Below are positions 52,757 to 54,981 of a stretch of 54,981 bases of DNA, piece after piece; positions within the stretch are counted from its first letter, which is position 1, and each line of letters starts with the position of its first letter. The stretch is taken from NCBI GenBank assembly GCA_903835075.1, contig CAILLM010000006.1, forward strand, positions 1-54,981. Direction: 5' to 3'. The DNA comes from Candidatus Staskawiczbacteria bacterium. GTDB taxonomy: Bacteria; Patescibacteriota; Minisyncoccia; Minisyncoccales; Staskawiczbacteraceae. The translations under genes were made by a program, and so were the position numbers. The notes beneath the pieces are model-generated. The model did no database searches. It saw only the letters and a program-made list of their open reading frames with translations, and was not told where the DNA came from.

Positions 52757-54062
52757 TTATATAATTTATTAATTCTTTTACATCCACTTTTTCTTGCTTC
52801 ATTGTGTCCCTATCGCGAACTGTTACCTCCCCGCTTTCTAATGTTTGGAAATCAACAGTTATGCAAAAAGGTGTTCCAATTTCATCTTGGCTATAATATC
52901 TTTTTCCAATGTTTCCCCTGTCGTCAAAAGCAGTAGTAAATTGCTTTTTAAGCATATCGTAAACTTCTTTGGCTTTTTCAACCAATTCTGGTTTATTTTT
53001 CAACAAAGGGAATACTGCCACTTTATATGGCGCCAAACTTGGTTTCAACTTCAAAACAACTCTTTCTGCCTCTTCAGTATAAGCATCTGTAATTACGGCA
53101 AGCATAATTCTATCCAAACCAAATGTAGGCTCTATGACATATGGTACAAAGTCCTCGCTCGTCTCTTCGTTCTTGTATTTTAGAGGAGCTCCTGACAATT
53201 TTATATGATTGTTAAGGTCATAGTCCGTACGGTTTGCAATGCCACCTATTTCGTCCCAACCAAAAGGAAAATTATAATAAGTGTCTACTGTTCTTTTAGA
53301 GTAGTGGGCCAACTCATTTTTATCTAATTCAACTTCTTTTATATTGTCTTTTGAAACGCCTAGATCTTCTATAAAAAAATTCTGTTGATATGCCAACAAT
53401 TCAGAAAATGCATTTTCATCTTCACTGGGTTTTACAAAATATTCAAATTCTGCAATTGTAAATTCTTTTGTTCTAAATATGAAGTTTCCAGTTGTAATTT
53501 CGTTACGAAAACATCGGCCAACCTGCGCAATTCCAAATGGCAATTTTTGCCTCATAGAATCCATTATCAATTTAAAATCAACAAACATGGTTTGTGCAGT
53601 TTCGCCGCGCAAATAAACAGTAGATGTTTGATCCTCTACTGGACCAATAAATGTCTTGAATAGTAAATTAAAATTTTTGGGCTCTGTCCACTCAACTTTT
53701 TCTTTATGCGTATTTTCATGTTTTTTTATTTCTTCTGCTTTGTCCAAACGTAATCTGGCATGACAAATTTTACATTCAACTAAAGGGTCTGTAAAATTTT
53801 TGATATGGCCTGAAGCCTCCCAAACTTTTGGGTTCATAATAATTGGCCCCCTAACGCCCACTATATCACCTCTCTCATGAACAAACTTTTTCCACCAAAG
53901 GTTTTTTATATTATTGAAAAGCTCCGCCCCCAATGGTCCATAGTCATAACTATTAGCTAAACCTCCATAAATTTCAGACCCAGGGAAAATAAAACCGCGC
54001 CTTTTACATAAAGACACTATTTTGTCTAATGAATCTGTATTTTTAACTTCATTTTTTACCAT
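52740..54062 (-). CDS. glyQS: Glycine--tRNA ligase (homodimeric type)
   Basis: IYGGLANSYDYGPLG, LRGETAQ, FRNEIT and IGKRYYSQDEIGTP. Confidence 0.96.
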   Translation of the reverse strand: MVKNEVKNTDSLDKIVSLCKRRGFIFPGSEIYGGLANSYDYGPLGAELFNNIKNLWWKKFVHERGDIVGVRGPIIMNPKVWEASGHIKNFTDPLVECKICHARLRLDKAEEIKKHENTHKEKVEWTEPKNFNLLFKTFIGPVEDQTSTVYLRGETAQTMFVDFKLIMDSMRQKLPFGIAQVGRCFRNEITTGNFIFRTKEFTIAEFEYFVKPSEDENAFSELLAYQQNFFIEDLGVSKDNIKEVELDKNELAHYSKRTVDTYYNFPFGWDEIGGIANRTDYDLNNHIKLSGAPLKYKNEETSEDFVPYVIEPTFGLDRIMLAVITDAYTEEAERVVLKLKPSLAPYKVAVFPLLKNKPELVEKAKEVYDMLKKQFTTAFDDRGNIGKRYYSQDEIGTPFCITVDFQTLESGEVTVRDRDTMKQEKVDVKELINYINGKLI

Positions 54063-54169
54063 AAAATATCTTATAATTTTAATTAATTCATCTTACCCTT
54101 TAAAGCCCTCAATTTCAATATATCCCTCTTTTTTGTAACAAAAAACTGCCTAAAGCGGTTTAAATTAGC

Positions 54170-54981
54170 TTAATCTGATGATTGTGGGGGCTGGTCTTGT
54201 GGTGTTATTACTGGCAGAGCCTCTGGCGCAACAACCAAAACCGTAGCGCTAATTTGTTTCATCACAATAAAATCTCCGCTGTCCCATTTTCCAATTGAAG
54301 CTGAAAATGTTAAGTTTTGACCGCTATTAGCGGATACTTTCCCCGTAATATCCAACACCCCTCCTTGCAAGTTGTTTAGTATGGGCAGTTTCCATTCTAA
54401 ATTGTCTAAAGATTTTGGCACAGAAGACACAACATCAAACCCGGGCGTTGGATCAATTTTTATACTAAGATTTTCCAAGGGGTAATCAATATTTGAAGAA
54501 TAACTAACTGTATAATTAAAATCTCGTCCCTGCGCCACAGTAGTCGGCAAGCCAAAATTTAAAACTATTGGACTAGCATCAATTTTAGTTACAACCGTTG
54601 CATCAGATTCATATGTGGCAGTTATATTCTCTGGTATATAAGACAACGATGCTTTAGCAGTTTCCAAATCACCGTCTTTACCCAGAAGTCTTGCTTTAAA
54701 TTTAACAAATTCTTGATCCCCAGGATATATATCGTTTAATGTTTGCATAAACAATGTTTTTCCATCCTCAGTTAGAGAATTATCTGGCAACTCAAAAGTT
54801 AACTTTGCTTTCTGTAAAACAAAATTGCCATTATTTTTATACTGTACAGTGTATTCTATTTCATCCCCTATTTTTGCAGTATCAGGTCCCAAAATTTCCA
54901 ACTTTAAAATTTCCTTTGAGAACATTCCATTTTGATAGTACAAAAAAGAAAGAATACCTAAAATTATAATTACAAATATAA
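54170..54981 (-). CDS. Membrane-anchored Ig-like (DUF11-like) protein; 5' end lies beyond the window
   Basis: The frame stays open to the window end through a hydrophobic stretch; GDEIEYTVQYKNNG motif. Confidence 0.7.
   Translation of the reverse strand, partial: IFVIIILGILSFLYYQNGMFSKEILKLEILGPDTAKIGDEIEYTVQYKNNGNFVLQKAKLTFELPDNSLTEDGKTLFMQTLNDIYPGDQEFVKFKARLLGKDGDLETAKASLSYIPENITATYESDATVVTKIDASPIVLNFGLPTTVAQGRDFNYTVSYSSNIDYPLENLSIKIDPTPGFDVVSSVPKSLDNLEWKLPILNNLQGGVLDITGKVSANSGQNLTFSASIGKWDSGDFIVMKQISATVLVVAPEALPVITPQDQPPQSSD

Noticed and set aside
803..54969. Numerous short antisense or overlapping ORFs in the track (e.g. 21938..22552, 24148..24852, 43188..43883)
   Set aside because: They are shadows of well-supported genes on the opposite strand and have no recognisable motifs.
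1..54981. Alternative genetic code (TGA recoding as in Gracilibacteria/Absconditabacteria)
   Set aside because: Conserved genes are full length under code 11, and TGA acts as a stop (e.g. glyA, tsaC, nrdG).

Overview
AT-rich bacterial chromosome segment using standard genetic code 11. Most genes are on the minus strand, tightly packed, and few have a Shine-Dalgarno site. Gene content and compactness suggest a Patescibacteria/CPR (Parcubacteria-like) genome; this is inference. Housekeeping genes include clpB, aroF, htrA, comEC, nrdG/nrdD, ftsZ/ftsA, ybeY, rpsU, hisS, lepB, pth, mfd, topA, a RelA/SpoT homolog, tRNA-Leu(CAA), glyA, tsaC, iorBA, leuS, tatD, metG, an M16 peptidase and glyQS. The most notable signals are: (1) two paralogous ~575-aa Cys-rich genes, each inserted between normally adjacent housekeeping pairs and each preceded by a covarying 20-bp palindrome (AGGTTRCCMTAKGGYAACCT) that also brackets a small HTH gene; (2) several families of short GC-rich palindromes, many inserted in frame inside housekeeping proteins; (3) three orphan gene-end copies left beside intact genes, with hairpin elements at the junctions, suggesting one-sided gene replacement; (4) a leaderless Phe/Tyr-rich leader-peptide attenuator upstream of a lone DAHP synthase; (5) a (GA)10 tract that puts a large surface protein out of frame; (6) an atypical FtsZ. 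All calls are by eye from the sequence and the ORF track; no database searches were run.
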